Shown here: positions 28,697 through 38,472 of the stretch, piece by piece
Position numbering within the stretch: position 1 is the stretch's first letter
Layout of the letters: each line of letters opens with the position of its first letter
NCBI GenBank assembly: GCA_964507185.1
Contig: CAZDOY010000007.1
Span: 39,260 to 103,259 of the forward strand
DNA: 64,000 bases
Direction of reading: 5' to 3'
Source of the DNA: an uncultured Thermoanaerobaculia bacterium
GTDB lineage: Bacteria; Acidobacteriota; UBA4820; DSQY01
Program-made: the position numbers and the translations under genes
Notes under the pieces: generated by a model
What the model was told of the DNA's origin: nothing
Databases searched by the model: none
What the model saw: the letters and a program-made list of their open reading frames with translations, nothing else

Positions 28697-31600
28697 ATGT
28701 TTACGGTGGGAAGAGTAAAGAGAACGGCAGCGGGGATTATTGTGCTGCTGGGCGTTCTGTGGGCCTTGCCGTCCCCCGCGGCCGAAGGCTACGACCCCAT
28801 GCTACAGATCACGCACCAGCTCGCGCGGCCGGACATCTACATGGTCCAGGACACCAGCGGGTCCATGGCGTGGGATATCAACGGACACAGCGTGGGCGTG
28901 GACAGCGTGGGAGAAACGCCTTCCGGCGAGTGGATAGTTTCAAAGTCGGGCTGCAGCGACAGCGATTGCAGGCACTGGTACTACAAGCTCAGGGTCTACC
29001 AGACTCTGCCCAGCCGCATGGCGAAGCTGAAGAACGCCCTCGGCAACAGCGTGACCATCATCACGGCCTGGGAGCCGCCCGGCGAGTGGACCACGGACAC
29101 CTCCTACGGCTACATCACCAACACGAACTGGAAGCACGGTACGATCAGCGGCCCGTCGGTCTCGACCCATTCGACGTACCGGGATTACGAGTGGGAGATC
29201 GACTTTGGCCGGAGACATCACGAGCCGGATCCCGGTAGTCCCTTCACGGCTTACGATGGGTCCGACACCATGACCGTGGGGACGGGCGGTGTTTCTCTCC
29301 CGCCGGCCGACCTCGTCGGACAAACCTCCGGCGTGGTCAACTGGGGCCTCATCACCTTTGGCGGGTCCTGCAGCAGTTACAGCTACCATCTGCAGGTGCC
29401 CATAGATTCCAACGACACGGGCGACGTCTCGGCCATCGAAGCCAAGCTCCGCCTGCACAGAGACGGCGGCCTCAACGCCAACGGGAGTACCCCCACGCGG
29501 GGAGCCCTCCAATTCGCCGCGACCGAACTGACGCAGACGTTCAATGCCGATCCCAAGTACATGTGCAACAGGGCGTACGGCGCCATCCTCGTCACCGATG
29601 GCGAATCCAACGCCTGCAATCCGTACAGTTCGACCTGGTCGAACTGCTCCACAGAGGCTCAAACAAATTATACGCAGTACCCCGCCGGAAAATCCGAAGA
29701 GATCTGGAACCTGAATCTGACCCGCGGCGGCTCGGCACCGAGAAACGTTCGGACCTGGGTCATCGGCGTCAGCAACGAAGTCGGCCCGTGTGAGCTCAAT
29801 TACACCGCCTACATGGGGCGGACCGATGCCTCCAGCCCGAATGGGGACGCTGGCTTCGATACCGTCAATGACCCCTACCTGCCGACCAGCACGGGCGATA
29901 CGAGCCACTACACGATAAACAGCACCCACCCCGGCTACGCCTATTTTGCGACCGCGTCAGGCGCGCTCGAGGATGCCTTCGCGGCCATCGTAGCGGCCGT
30001 AGCGGTGGGCGACTACACGACCTCGGCCCCCGTGGCCACCTCCACCACCAACGTTGCCAATCTGGCGCTTCTGCCTTCGGCCCAATACCCCACCTGGAAG
30101 GGACACCTCTACGCGTTCGACCTCACCAAGCCGTCCACGGACCCCAATTACGAGCTTTGGGATGCCGGCGAAGTTCTCGCTTCCACGGCCGCTTCGAGCA
30201 GAAACATCTACACGTGGGACGCCAGTAACAAACTGGTCGCGGTAACGAGCAAGAATCTCTCGACGCTTCAGAGCATCGCCACGGCCTTCACGCCGTCGTT
30301 CAGCGGGAGCAGTCTCACGAGCAATGTCGTGGACTTCATCCGCGGCAACGACGGCAACGGTACGCCCAGGACCTGGAAACTGGGTGCCGTCATCAATTCG
30401 ACACCAGCGGTCGTCGTCGCCCCGGAGAAGTACAAGCGTGGCAAGGCTCAGGATCACACGGGCTTCGAGAGCGAGTATGCGAACAGGACGCCGGTCGTAT
30501 GGGTGGGCTCCGATGACGGCATGATGCACTGCTTCAAGCTTTCGGACGGTTCGGAAGTACTGGCGCTGCTGCCGCCGAATCTCCTGTCGCAGCAGGTCCA
30601 GCTCTACGACCACTACCTGGCCAAGCCGGTGGACAACCCCACGGGCGAGCCCAGAATAACCTCCCAACAAGTGTACGGAGTGGCCTCCTCCCCCAGGTAC
30701 GGCGACGTCTATTTCGGCTCACCCACGAAGGACTACAAGACGGTTTTGCTTCTCACCGAAGGGCCGGGAGGCGACCTGGTGGCTGCCGTGGATGTGACCG
30801 ACGTCGTGCCCACGGACACCACCTATGTCGCTCCGAGCATCCTGTGGACACGGACGGGGTCTTCACCGAGTTCGCTCCTGACTTCCGGGCTACACAAGAC
30901 GTGGAGCGTGCCGGCCTTCGGTTACGACTCGCAGACTACCGCCAAGGGCGTCATGGGGGCGGGCTTCGATCCTTCGAGTACGGCCGCTTCCCAGGTCGCG
31001 CCCGACGTTTTCACCTTGAATCCCGGCACGGGTGTGTTCACGACATCGAGCCTGTCCAACGGGACTTCGCCGCTCGTAGGGAACCAGGCCTTTGCGGCCA
31101 GCGTCATCTTCAACAAGACGGACAACGCCTTTTACGCGGACAGCATCGTGGATCTCGGCTTGCAGGCGGACCTCAACGGGCGCATATGGTTCCTGCCGGC
31201 GAAGACGTGGGCCCCCACGATCGGGATCGATGCGACGGCCAAGGCCGGCCAGACCCAACCCATCTACTATTCACCGGCTGCGACCGGGTTCGTACAAGGC
31301 AGTCTGCACTACGACCTCTATGCCTTCGCCAGCGGGACTTTCTATGAACAATCTCCGACGGTTACCGGCCCCAATGTGGGAACATCGGGCTACTTCATCC
31401 CGTCGTTCTACATCGTGGCCAAGCCCATGGATGCCACGAAGGCCACCAACGACGAGATCCTTCAAATCCCCATCAAGAGCGTCAATGTGCCGGGCAGTAC
31501 GGACACTTTCCTGGGACCGCGAAGCCAGGTGACGGCACCCCCCATGGTCTTCGTCCCCGTGTCGGGCACGGGTAACCCGGTCGCCCTGTTCCTGGTCTAC

Positions 31601-31870
31601 GATCCAGATACCGCGGATTGCGGTGGGACATCCTACATCGTCAAGATAAGCTTCGACATAAAGGACGGAAAGCCTGCGACGGTCAGCCAGACGACCTACG
31701 AAGCGGGAGAGGGCGCCGGCAGCGGCTTCGCCCTCGCGGGCGGTAAAGTCATCGTTGCCAGGAGCGGGATCGGAGCGGGACAGAAGGCCAGTGTCAGCAC
31801 TGTTCCCGATCTCAATCCCACGGAGGGACTCTCGAATCCCACCCCGACCTGGTGGCGCGAGCTTAAGTAG
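28697..31870 (+). CDS. pilY1: PilY1/PilC-like type IV pilus tip-associated adhesin (1057 aa), N-terminal vWA-like, C-terminal beta-propeller-like
   Basis: signal peptide; MIDAS-like DTSGSM; size and position after fimT-pilV-pilW-pilX. Confidence 0.75.
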   Translation: MFTVGRVKRTAAGIIVLLGVLWALPSPAAEGYDPMLQITHQLARPDIYMVQDTSGSMAWDINGHSVGVDSVGETPSGEWIVSKSGCSDSDCRHWYYKLRVYQTLPSRMAKLKNALGNSVTIITAWEPPGEWTTDTSYGYITNTNWKHGTISGPSVSTHSTYRDYEWEIDFGRRHHEPDPGSPFTAYDGSDTMTVGTGGVSLPPADLVGQTSGVVNWGLITFGGSCSSYSYHLQVPIDSNDTGDVSAIEAKLRLHRDGGLNANGSTPTRGALQFAATELTQTFNADPKYMCNRAYGAILVTDGESNACNPYSSTWSNCSTEAQTNYTQYPAGKSEEIWNLNLTRGGSAPRNVRTWVIGVSNEVGPCELNYTAYMGRTDASSPNGDAGFDTVNDPYLPTSTGDTSHYTINSTHPGYAYFATASGALEDAFAAIVAAVAVGDYTTSAPVATSTTNVANLALLPSAQYPTWKGHLYAFDLTKPSTDPNYELWDAGEVLASTAASSRNIYTWDASNKLVAVTSKNLSTLQSIATAFTPSFSGSSLTSNVVDFIRGNDGNGTPRTWKLGAVINSTPAVVVAPEKYKRGKAQDHTGFESEYANRTPVVWVGSDDGMMHCFKLSDGSEVLALLPPNLLSQQVQLYDHYLAKPVDNPTGEPRITSQQVYGVASSPRYGDVYFGSPTKDYKTVLLLTEGPGGDLVAAVDVTDVVPTDTTYVAPSILWTRTGSSPSSLLTSGLHKTWSVPAFGYDSQTTAKGVMGAGFDPSSTAASQVAPDVFTLNPGTGVFTTSSLSNGTSPLVGNQAFAASVIFNKTDNAFYADSIVDLGLQADLNGRIWFLPAKTWAPTIGIDATAKAGQTQPIYYSPAATGFVQGSLHYDLYAFASGTFYEQSPTVTGPNVGTSGYFIPSFYIVAKPMDATKATNDEILQIPIKSVNVPGSTDTFLGPRSQVTAPPMVFVPVSGTGNPVALFLVYDPDTADCGGTSYIVKISFDIKDGKPATVSQTTYEAGEGAGSGFALAGGKVIVARSGIGAGQKASVSTVPDLNPTEGLSNPTPTWWRELK

Positions 31871-32023
31871 CCGATTGCTTCACTTCATCGGATCTTGCCG
31901 GGCGGGCCTTCGGGCCCGCCCTTTTCATTCCTGATACGGGTCTGGTTTCAAGGTGACGGAACCGTCAAGAATTGGTCTGTCGAAAGTTTTTGTTCTTTCG
32001 GACGGAGCCGGCAAACGGTCGCC

Positions 32024-32680
32024 CTACCTTCCCCAGATGCCGCCTACAAGGCCTTTTATCCCGCTCTTGCGCTTTCCGATGGTTCGAGTCTCACCGCCGC
32101 AGGATCGGCACAAATAGTGAGGGGCGCCGCCCTCGATCAGCGGCTCGTTCCTGACGCATTCCTGGCAGAGGTAGTTCTGGCACTTCTCGCATTCCCATCG
32201 AGGTCTGGTCTCCCGGTGGACCGCGCAGTGGCCTTCATCGCCGTGCTGCTGTCTGTGGAGCTGGAGGGCCTCAGAGAAATGGGCCCCCAGGGCGGGATAG
32301 GAACATACGGGCGCCCATTCGCCATCGTGGACCCTGGCCAGGTCGTTTTCCATGAGCTGGCCCTCGAGGATCTTCTCGCGAATCTGATCGATGGTGAAGG
32401 GACCCCGGTCGAAGTCCTGATTCGGGTCGGTTTTCTTGACTTCCCAGATGGGCTCGGCGGCGGGCTTTGCTTCGGCCCCCGACGCCTGGGTCGGCGGTGT
32501 CGACGGCTTCCGGCCGGAGCCCGAATCCTCTTGCGCCCTCGTCAGCTTGCCGTCCGGAAATACGACCAGCATCGCCCCGCATCGTTGGCAACGCCCCCTG
32601 GCACCCGAGTCCGGTATGCGTTCGGACGGCAGCGAAAAGGAGGTTTCACAAGAAGGGCAACGGAATGTAACGGTCGGCAT
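32024..32680 (-). CDS. MJ0042-type zinc-ribbon protein with central GYF-like (DUF4339-like) domain and C-terminal Cys-rich B-box-like finger
   Basis: MPTVTFRCPSCETSFSL...GRCQRCGAML; FTIDQIREKILEGQLMENDLARVHDGEWAPV; C-term HCAVH...WECEKCQNYLCQECV...YLCRSCGG. Confidence 0.55.
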   Translation of the reverse strand: MPTVTFRCPSCETSFSLPSERIPDSGARGRCQRCGAMLVVFPDGKLTRAQEDSGSGRKPSTPPTQASGAEAKPAAEPIWEVKKTDPNQDFDRGPFTIDQIREKILEGQLMENDLARVHDGEWAPVCSYPALGAHFSEALQLHRQQHGDEGHCAVHRETRPRWECEKCQNYLCQECVRNEPLIEGGAPHYLCRSCGGETRTIGKRKSGIKGLVGGIWGR

Positions 32681-32908
32681 GGAGTCATCTCTCTACAATT
32701 GTCAGCCGGTCGCCGCAAGTGTCTGAAGAACGCCGGAATCCAGTTGCTTATTTTAGCACGAACCAGCGCCGGTGGCACCTCCACGGGCAGGGAGATGCTT
32801 GAATGGCCGAAGGCCCCGGTCTCGACTTGGTATGGGAATGAAAAGAGAGATAGAGAATGGGGCGCCCGGCCGGGCGCCCCGAGTCGAGAGGATTGGCGTT
32901 CCGATTGC

Positions 32909-34213
32909 CTAGAAAGCAACCTGCATGGTGAGCTGGACGCGCTTTTCATCGGGGATCTGGGGATCGTTGTGCTGCTTCACCTGGTAGTCCAACAACAGCT
33001 TGTTGGACTTGAAGATGTTGTAATACACGCCGCCGATGAGGGTCTTCTGAACGTCGTCGGCCACGGCGTAGCCCGCTTCCGGATTCGGGTCGAACCGGTC
33101 GTAGCGGCCGATGAGCCCCCATTTGTCGCTGGGTGGAAAGCTCCCGCGGACGAAGAAGGAGTATCCTTTCTGCTTTCGGGCCGATCCGTCTGCGTTCAGC
33201 GCAGTTCCGCTCTGGTTGCCCTTGAAGTCGAGATACTGCGCCGTCGCGGTGAAGTAGTGGCTTTCGTAGGAGATCATTCCGTCCCAGCCCTTCCAGTCGG
33301 GCAGCTCTTTCCCGGGAACGGAAGCCACGTTGCCCTTGCCGTTCACGCCGAACGCCGTGAACTGCAGGCCGGGGATGGTGCCGGGGAAGGGGCGGACGGT
33401 CACACGGCCCTCGAAGACCTTGTTCTGGTTCTTATCGGCGGCGTGGTACCCGCCGCCCTGGTATATGCCCAGCTGAAAGGTACCGTAACGACCGGCGTAG
33501 TGGCCATCCACGTTCTTCTTGTAGTCGGAGGACATCTGGCCGCCGAAGTTGCCGCCGATCATCACGCCCATGTCCGCGCTGTTGAAGATGCCGTTGCGCT
33601 CGATGAACATGGGGTCCTGCATGCGGAAGCCGTTGATGGCCTCCTCGAAGTCGTGCCACGGCACGTGGGCCTGGCCGAACTCCACGTAGGGCTGGGACAC
33701 GAAGCCCGTGCCCTTATCATCCCAGTGGAACTTCGCGTAGAGGTATTTGATCCTCGGCTTCCAGTCGCCGTAGGCGTCCCGAGTGATATCAGTGGTTATG
33801 CGGGCGTCCATGAATGGTGTGATGGTCTTCTGAACGTCCAGGTAGCCGCGCTTCAGGACGAAATCGTTGTAAGACGTGGTCTCGTTCGCGGTCCCGGCGT
33901 ACTTGTTCCCGTTCTGGAAGGAGATGTAGCCCAGCCCCCCTATTTTGAGCCCCTCGAGGGCGCTCGGGAGCTTGGGTGCGACGGTGCTAGTCTTCAGGCT
34001 CTCGTCCACGGTCTGCTTGACTTCGGTCTTCTGCTGTTCCTTCTGTTGCTCTTTCTGGTGGTTGTACTGGGCCTGAACGGCCAGGGCCTGCTCCTCCGTG
34101 ATGACGTGGTTTTCTACGAGGATCTTCAGAAGCGGGTCCATTTCCTGCGCCTGTACGGCGAGACCGGCCAGGAGCCCGAGGGCACACACGGCCGCGATGA
34201 AGGTTTTCCTCAC
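32909..34213 (-). CDS. outer-membrane porin (phosphate-selective porin O/P-like beta-barrel), 434 aa
   Basis: signal peptide VRKTFIAAVCALGLLAGLAVQAQ, Gly/Tyr-rich alternating strands, C-terminal ...LTMQVAF; GTG start 34213 preceded by AAGGAGGA. Confidence 0.6.
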   Translation of the reverse strand: MRKTFIAAVCALGLLAGLAVQAQEMDPLLKILVENHVITEEQALAVQAQYNHQKEQQKEQQKTEVKQTVDESLKTSTVAPKLPSALEGLKIGGLGYISFQNGNKYAGTANETTSYNDFVLKRGYLDVQKTITPFMDARITTDITRDAYGDWKPRIKYLYAKFHWDDKGTGFVSQPYVEFGQAHVPWHDFEEAINGFRMQDPMFIERNGIFNSADMGVMIGGNFGGQMSSDYKKNVDGHYAGRYGTFQLGIYQGGGYHAADKNQNKVFEGRVTVRPFPGTIPGLQFTAFGVNGKGNVASVPGKELPDWKGWDGMISYESHYFTATAQYLDFKGNQSGTALNADGSARKQKGYSFFVRGSFPPSDKWGLIGRYDRFDPNPEAGYAVADDVQKTLIGGVYYNIFKSNKLLLDYQVKQHNDPQIPDEKRVQLTMQVAF

Positions 34214-34324
34214 CTTTTCCTCCTTTCCTTCACTTATAAAAGAAACCATTCAACCTCCGCGTTTCGGCCCTCCAGTCATCGAGGGCAGGGTCAGGCTATA
34301 GGACGGAGGTTGCCTGCGCATCAC

Positions 34325-34541
34325 GGTTTTTTTTCGAGAACGAAACAAGGCATCGGGGAAGTTTGGGACTTGGGATTTGGTATTGCGGATTTGTAATGCG
34401 GCAGGGGAGATGCCTTCGCAAATTGCGACCTGAAGGCCGCTCCCGCAGCATGAGCGGTCGGCGGTCCCCTGTCTGCCGTCGTTCGCCGGACGCAGCCCGC
34501 AGAGGTCCTCACGCAACTCGATCACCGGATCACTTGATCAC
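34325..34541 (-). repeat. intergenic repeat family, copy B (inverted orientation) in porin / TPR-protein divergent region
   Basis: RC contains gtgatcaagtgatccggtgatcgag ... cctgccgcattacaaatccgcaataccaaatcccaagtcccaaac ... gaaaaaaaacc; about 80% identical to copy A tail. Confidence 0.5.
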
Positions 34542-34601
34542 TCTAAGACTGTCGCAGGAGCCGCGGCCGGTGATAAACTGTTTCCAAAAGGGAGGTCCCT
34601 C

Positions 34602-35360
34602 ATGAGGAAGATGGTGATCCTATGTGCGCTGGTTCTGCTGACCGGTTCCCTGTTCCCCGTCGGGCTGCGTGCCGCCGATGCGTCGCAGGTGCTCGCCCGG
34701 GCGAACGACGCCTACGCGAAACGGGGGGATCCTGTGCAGGCGCTCGACGCAGTGAAACTCTACAAAGAGGCCGCCAAGGCCGACCCCGGTTCCTACGAGG
34801 CGCTCTGGAAGGGCGCCAAGGCCTGCTATTTCTACGGGGAATACACGCGCGCCGATGCCTCGGACAAGGATAAAATGGCCATCTTCCAGGAAGGTATCGA
34901 CCTGGCCAAGGCCGCCGTTGCGCTTAAAACGGACGGCGTCGAAGGCCATTTCTGGCTGGGCGTTCTCTACGGCGTATACGGGGAGGCCAAGGGCATCTTC
35001 AAGTCCCTGAGCCTGGTTCCCGACATCAAGCAGGAGATGAACACGTGCCTCAAGCTCGACAAGGCCGTGGAAGGCTACGGTCCGGACCGCGTTCTCGGAC
35101 GGATGTACTACAAGCTGCCCTGGTTCAAGGGCGGCGACAACAAGAAGTCCATCCAATACCTGGAAGAATCGTTGAAGGGCGAACCGAATAATGACCTGAC
35201 CCGGCTCTACCTGGCGCAGACCTGCAAATCGGAAGGCATGAAGAAGCGGGCGCTGGAGTTGGTGCACAAGATCCTGGACAACCCTCCCGATCCGCGCTGG
35301 GCTCCCGAGTACCCGTCCATCAAGGCCAGGGCCGAAAAACTTCTTCGCAAACTCACCTGA
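34602..35360 (+). CDS. secreted TPR-like repeat protein (252 aa)
   Basis: signal peptide MRKMVILCALVLLTGSLFPVGLRAAD; helical repeat content. Confidence 0.5.
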   Translation: MRKMVILCALVLLTGSLFPVGLRAADASQVLARANDAYAKRGDPVQALDAVKLYKEAAKADPGSYEALWKGAKACYFYGEYTRADASDKDKMAIFQEGIDLAKAAVALKTDGVEGHFWLGVLYGVYGEAKGIFKSLSLVPDIKQEMNTCLKLDKAVEGYGPDRVLGRMYYKLPWFKGGDNKKSIQYLEESLKGEPNNDLTRLYLAQTCKSEGMKKRALELVHKILDNPPDPRWAPEYPSIKARAEKLLRKLT

Positions 35361-35380
35361 ACGACGCCGTAAACGACATA

Positions 35381-35411
35381 AAAAAGGGAGGGCATCGCCC
35401 TCCCTTTTTTT
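35381..35411. terminator. bidirectional rho-independent terminator between TPR gene (+) and OPT transporter (-)
   Basis: aaaaagggagggcATCGccctcccttttttt: 8-bp GC stem flanked by A-run and T-run. Confidence 0.75.
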
Positions 35412-35427
35412 GTCCTTGTCGGCCGGT

Positions 35428-37473
35428 CTACTTGAGCACCTGTCGCGTGGGCTTGGTGACGACGCGGTAGAGCCAGTAGACAACGCCCAGCATGACGATG
35501 AGCCCGGGCCATCCGCCGAAGGGCGGCGCGGGGAACACGGCCATGAAGTCGCCCTTGAAGAACGGCCAGACGCTTGCAAGGGTGATCGGAACGGCCAGGG
35601 CAATCCCCATGAGCGCCTCGCCCGTGATCAGGCCCGACGCGAAGAGGAGACCCTTCCTGTCACCCTGGCCTTCGGCTTCCTTGAGCCTCGACAGGATGTC
35701 CTTCGAGGCGTTCTTCGACGCCTTGTTCCGCATCTTTGCGGCGGCGAAGGCGACCAGGCCACCGGCGAGGATGGGCGTGGAGAGCGAGAAGGGGAGATAG
35801 ATGCCCACGGCCACGGCCAGGACGGGGGTCCTGAACGAACTGCCCCTGGCCTTGAGGTACTGGTCCAGGCAGATGATGGCCACGGCGATGATTCCGCCGA
35901 TGGTGACCATGGTCCACGGCAGTCCGCCGTGGAAGACGCCCTGCGCGACGGAAGCCATGAGGGTGGCCTGCGGGGCGGGCAGCGGCGTCGGGTGGGCGGC
36001 GAGCCAGCTCGGAGAGGCGTGGAAGGGGACGCCCACGCCGTACTTGATGTTCAGCAGGTGCAGGATGGGCGAGAGGACCAGGGACGAGGCCAGGACGCCG
36101 ACGATGAGCATGAATTCCTGCTTCCAGGGCGTCGCGCCGAGTATGTACCCCGCCTTGAGGTCCTGAAGGTTGTCCCCGGAAATGGCCGCTGCCACGCAGA
36201 CGACTGCGCCGATGAGGATGGCCGCGGCCGGCCCCGCCGCACTTCCGTGTCCGAGAAAGAGCAAAAGGACGAGCGCCGCGAAAAGAATGGTCGCTATGGT
36301 CACGCCCGAAATCGGGTTGTTGGACGACCCCACCAGTCCCGCCATGTAGCCGGCGACGGCGGAAAACAGGAAGCCGGCGATGAGCATGATGACGGCCATG
36401 ATGATGCTGACGGTCACGCTCTTCACCACGAGGTGATAGACGAAAAAGAGCGGGATCACGGCCAGGATGGAAAAGACGATAACCCAGATCATGGGGATGT
36501 CCTTGTCCGTCCTTTCCGTGGCGACGCCGCTCTTTTCTTCCTTGAGAGCCTTGAGCCCGCTCACCACGCCCGTCAGCAGCTGATTTCTCAGCTGGACGAG
36601 TGCCCACAGCCCGCCGACGCACATGGCGCCTACGCCCAGGTAGCGGATCTGGGCGCTCCAGATGGCCGTCGCGCCCTCAACGGCGCCGTGAGCCCCCGCG
36701 GGGATGCCATGCATGGCGGCGTAGATGGGGATGGCGATCCACCAGGAGATCGCGCCGCCGACGAAAACCAGGACGGCGATGTTGAGCCCCACGATGTAGC
36801 CGACGCCCAGAAGTGCCGGAGAGAGGTCCGTGCCGAAATAGGCGATACTGTTGCCTACGCGGGTTCCAACCTCGAACACGCCCGCCCAGAGTTTGAGGCC
36901 GGCTTCCTGGCATATCTTCAGGAAACCGCCCGCCAGGGTGGCAATGATCATGGTTGCCAGCGAACCCTTTTCCTCGGTCGAGTGGCCGGCTTTGAGGACC
37001 TCGGCCGTCGCTATGCCCTCTGGGAATTTGATTTCCTCGCGCGCCTGCACAACCAGCGCCCGCCTCAGGGGGACGGAAAATAGGACGCCGATCGTACCGC
37101 CCAGGGCCGTGATCATGAGCGTCTGCAGGTAGTCGTAGTGCGACCAGTAGCCGAGAATCACGAGGGCGGGGATCGTGAAGACGACCCCCGCGGCGACGGC
37201 TTCCCCGGCGGATGCGGCCGTTTGCACGATGTTGTTTTCCAGGATGTTGTTCTTCTTGAAAAGGGAGAAGACGGCCATTGAAATGACGGCGGCGGGAATG
37301 GTCGCGGAAACGGTCATTCCGGCGAAGAGGCCGAGATAAGCGTTGGCGCCCGCCAGAACCACGGCGAGAAAGATGGCAAGGATGATGCCCTTGAAAGTAA
37401 TTTCAGGGAGCCGTGTCTCCGACGAAATTAGAGGTTCGAACTTATCTTTTTTCTGGTCGCCGTTTTGCCCCAT
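35428..37473 (-). CDS. OPT-family oligopeptide transporter (681 aa)
   Basis: MGQNGDQKKDKFEPLISSETRLPEITFKGIILAIFLAVVLAGANAYLGLFAGMTVSATIPAAVISMA... about 16 TM; track ORF has 27-aa spurious extension. Confidence 0.8.
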   Translation of the reverse strand: MGQNGDQKKDKFEPLISSETRLPEITFKGIILAIFLAVVLAGANAYLGLFAGMTVSATIPAAVISMAVFSLFKKNNILENNIVQTAASAGEAVAAGVVFTIPALVILGYWSHYDYLQTLMITALGGTIGVLFSVPLRRALVVQAREEIKFPEGIATAEVLKAGHSTEEKGSLATMIIATLAGGFLKICQEAGLKLWAGVFEVGTRVGNSIAYFGTDLSPALLGVGYIVGLNIAVLVFVGGAISWWIAIPIYAAMHGIPAGAHGAVEGATAIWSAQIRYLGVGAMCVGGLWALVQLRNQLLTGVVSGLKALKEEKSGVATERTDKDIPMIWVIVFSILAVIPLFFVYHLVVKSVTVSIIMAVIMLIAGFLFSAVAGYMAGLVGSSNNPISGVTIATILFAALVLLLFLGHGSAAGPAAAILIGAVVCVAAAISGDNLQDLKAGYILGATPWKQEFMLIVGVLASSLVLSPILHLLNIKYGVGVPFHASPSWLAAHPTPLPAPQATLMASVAQGVFHGGLPWTMVTIGGIIAVAIICLDQYLKARGSSFRTPVLAVAVGIYLPFSLSTPILAGGLVAFAAAKMRNKASKNASKDILSRLKEAEGQGDRKGLLFASGLITGEALMGIALAVPITLASVWPFFKGDFMAVFPAPPFGGWPGLIVMLGVVYWLYRVVTKPTRQVLK

Positions 37474-37593
37474 ATGTCTCTCTCCTTTAAGTGCTTGAAG
37501 GCGCTCGCAGACGCGGTCGGTGGATGGCGCGAGCAACGGCCTCCGGGCCGGCATCGGAGGAGGCGGGGCTCCAGCGTGCCGTCCGAAAGGCGA

Positions 37594-38472
37594 TCACCAC
37601 TTCCAGAACTGCCACCAGTGCGTCTTTTTGCGTGTAGACTTGACGAGCGGCTCCTCGAAGATCTTCTTGTCCCTCTTGGAAGTCCGAGCTTCGTGCTTCT
37701 CGATCTTGCTCATGTACTTGTGGGAGTCCTTGGCTAGTACTGTGCCCGGCACTTCCTGCGTGATCCTCTTGAAATAGAGGACGGCCTCCTTGTCCTGCCC
37801 GTCCCTGTGAAGAGCCTCACCCAGACGGTAGTACACGAGCGGCATGTTCCAGTACGTCGGATAGTGCTCGATCGTGTAGCGGTACCGCCCGATGGCGCCC
37901 TTAGGGTGTCCGACTTTCAGGTACCAGTCCCCGATCTTGATTTCGTGGGCCGCCAACACGTTGTCGATGTCCTTGATCTTCTGCTTGGCCTCGGCGACGT
38001 AGGAGCAGTTGGGGTAATTCTCAATAAGAGATTTGAAGGCCTCCCGGGCATCCCTGGCGGGTGTCACGTCCCGGTCGGGCGTCTCGATTTCCTCGAAATA
38101 GCAGGAGCCTATCTTGTACTGGCAATAGGGCGCCTCCGGGTGCGTCGGATGGAAAGCCAGAAAAGACTGGTAACGGCTGATAGCCTCCGAATAGGCCTCG
38201 AGCGTATGTTCGGTGGTATAGCTGTCCGCTTCGGCGATCTGTGCCTTGTCCTTATACTCGCCGGCGTCCTCCCTCATGAGAACCTGATCAAAATAGCGCC
38301 TGGCCGTCGCCGGCCGCTTCTTCTTCAGATACTCCATGCCCTTGGCGTAGAGGGTGGATACGGGGACCACCTTGGTCTCGGCGGCGGCCCCTTTGGGGCG
38401 CCGGTGGTGGCAGGCGGTAGTCAGGGCAAGCAGAATGATCGCCGCGGCGACTACGGTCCTAGCGCTTTTCAC
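37594..38472 (-). CDS. bamD: outer membrane protein assembly factor BamD-like TPR lipoprotein
   Basis: MKSARTVVAAAIILLALTTAC lipobox then TPR repeats. Confidence 0.6.
   Translation of the reverse strand: MKSARTVVAAAIILLALTTACHHRRPKGAAAETKVVPVSTLYAKGMEYLKKKRPATARRYFDQVLMREDAGEYKDKAQIAEADSYTTEHTLEAYSEAISRYQSFLAFHPTHPEAPYCQYKIGSCYFEEIETPDRDVTPARDAREAFKSLIENYPNCSYVAEAKQKIKDIDNVLAAHEIKIGDWYLKVGHPKGAIGRYRYTIEHYPTYWNMPLVYYRLGEALHRDGQDKEAVLYFKRITQEVPGTVLAKDSHKYMSKIEKHEARTSKRDKKIFEEPLVKSTRKKTHWWQFWKW

Noticed and set aside
31895-34396. 833-aa plus-strand ORF
   Set aside because: Antisense to the porin and ZnR-GYF genes. Composition is Gly/Arg/Leu/Val-rich with no motifs; a high-GC open frame artefact.
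35410-37083. 557-aa (+) and 320-aa (-) ORFs overlapping the OPT transporter
   Set aside because: Asp/Gly/Arg low-complexity translations. The OPT frame has coherent TM topology and family motifs.
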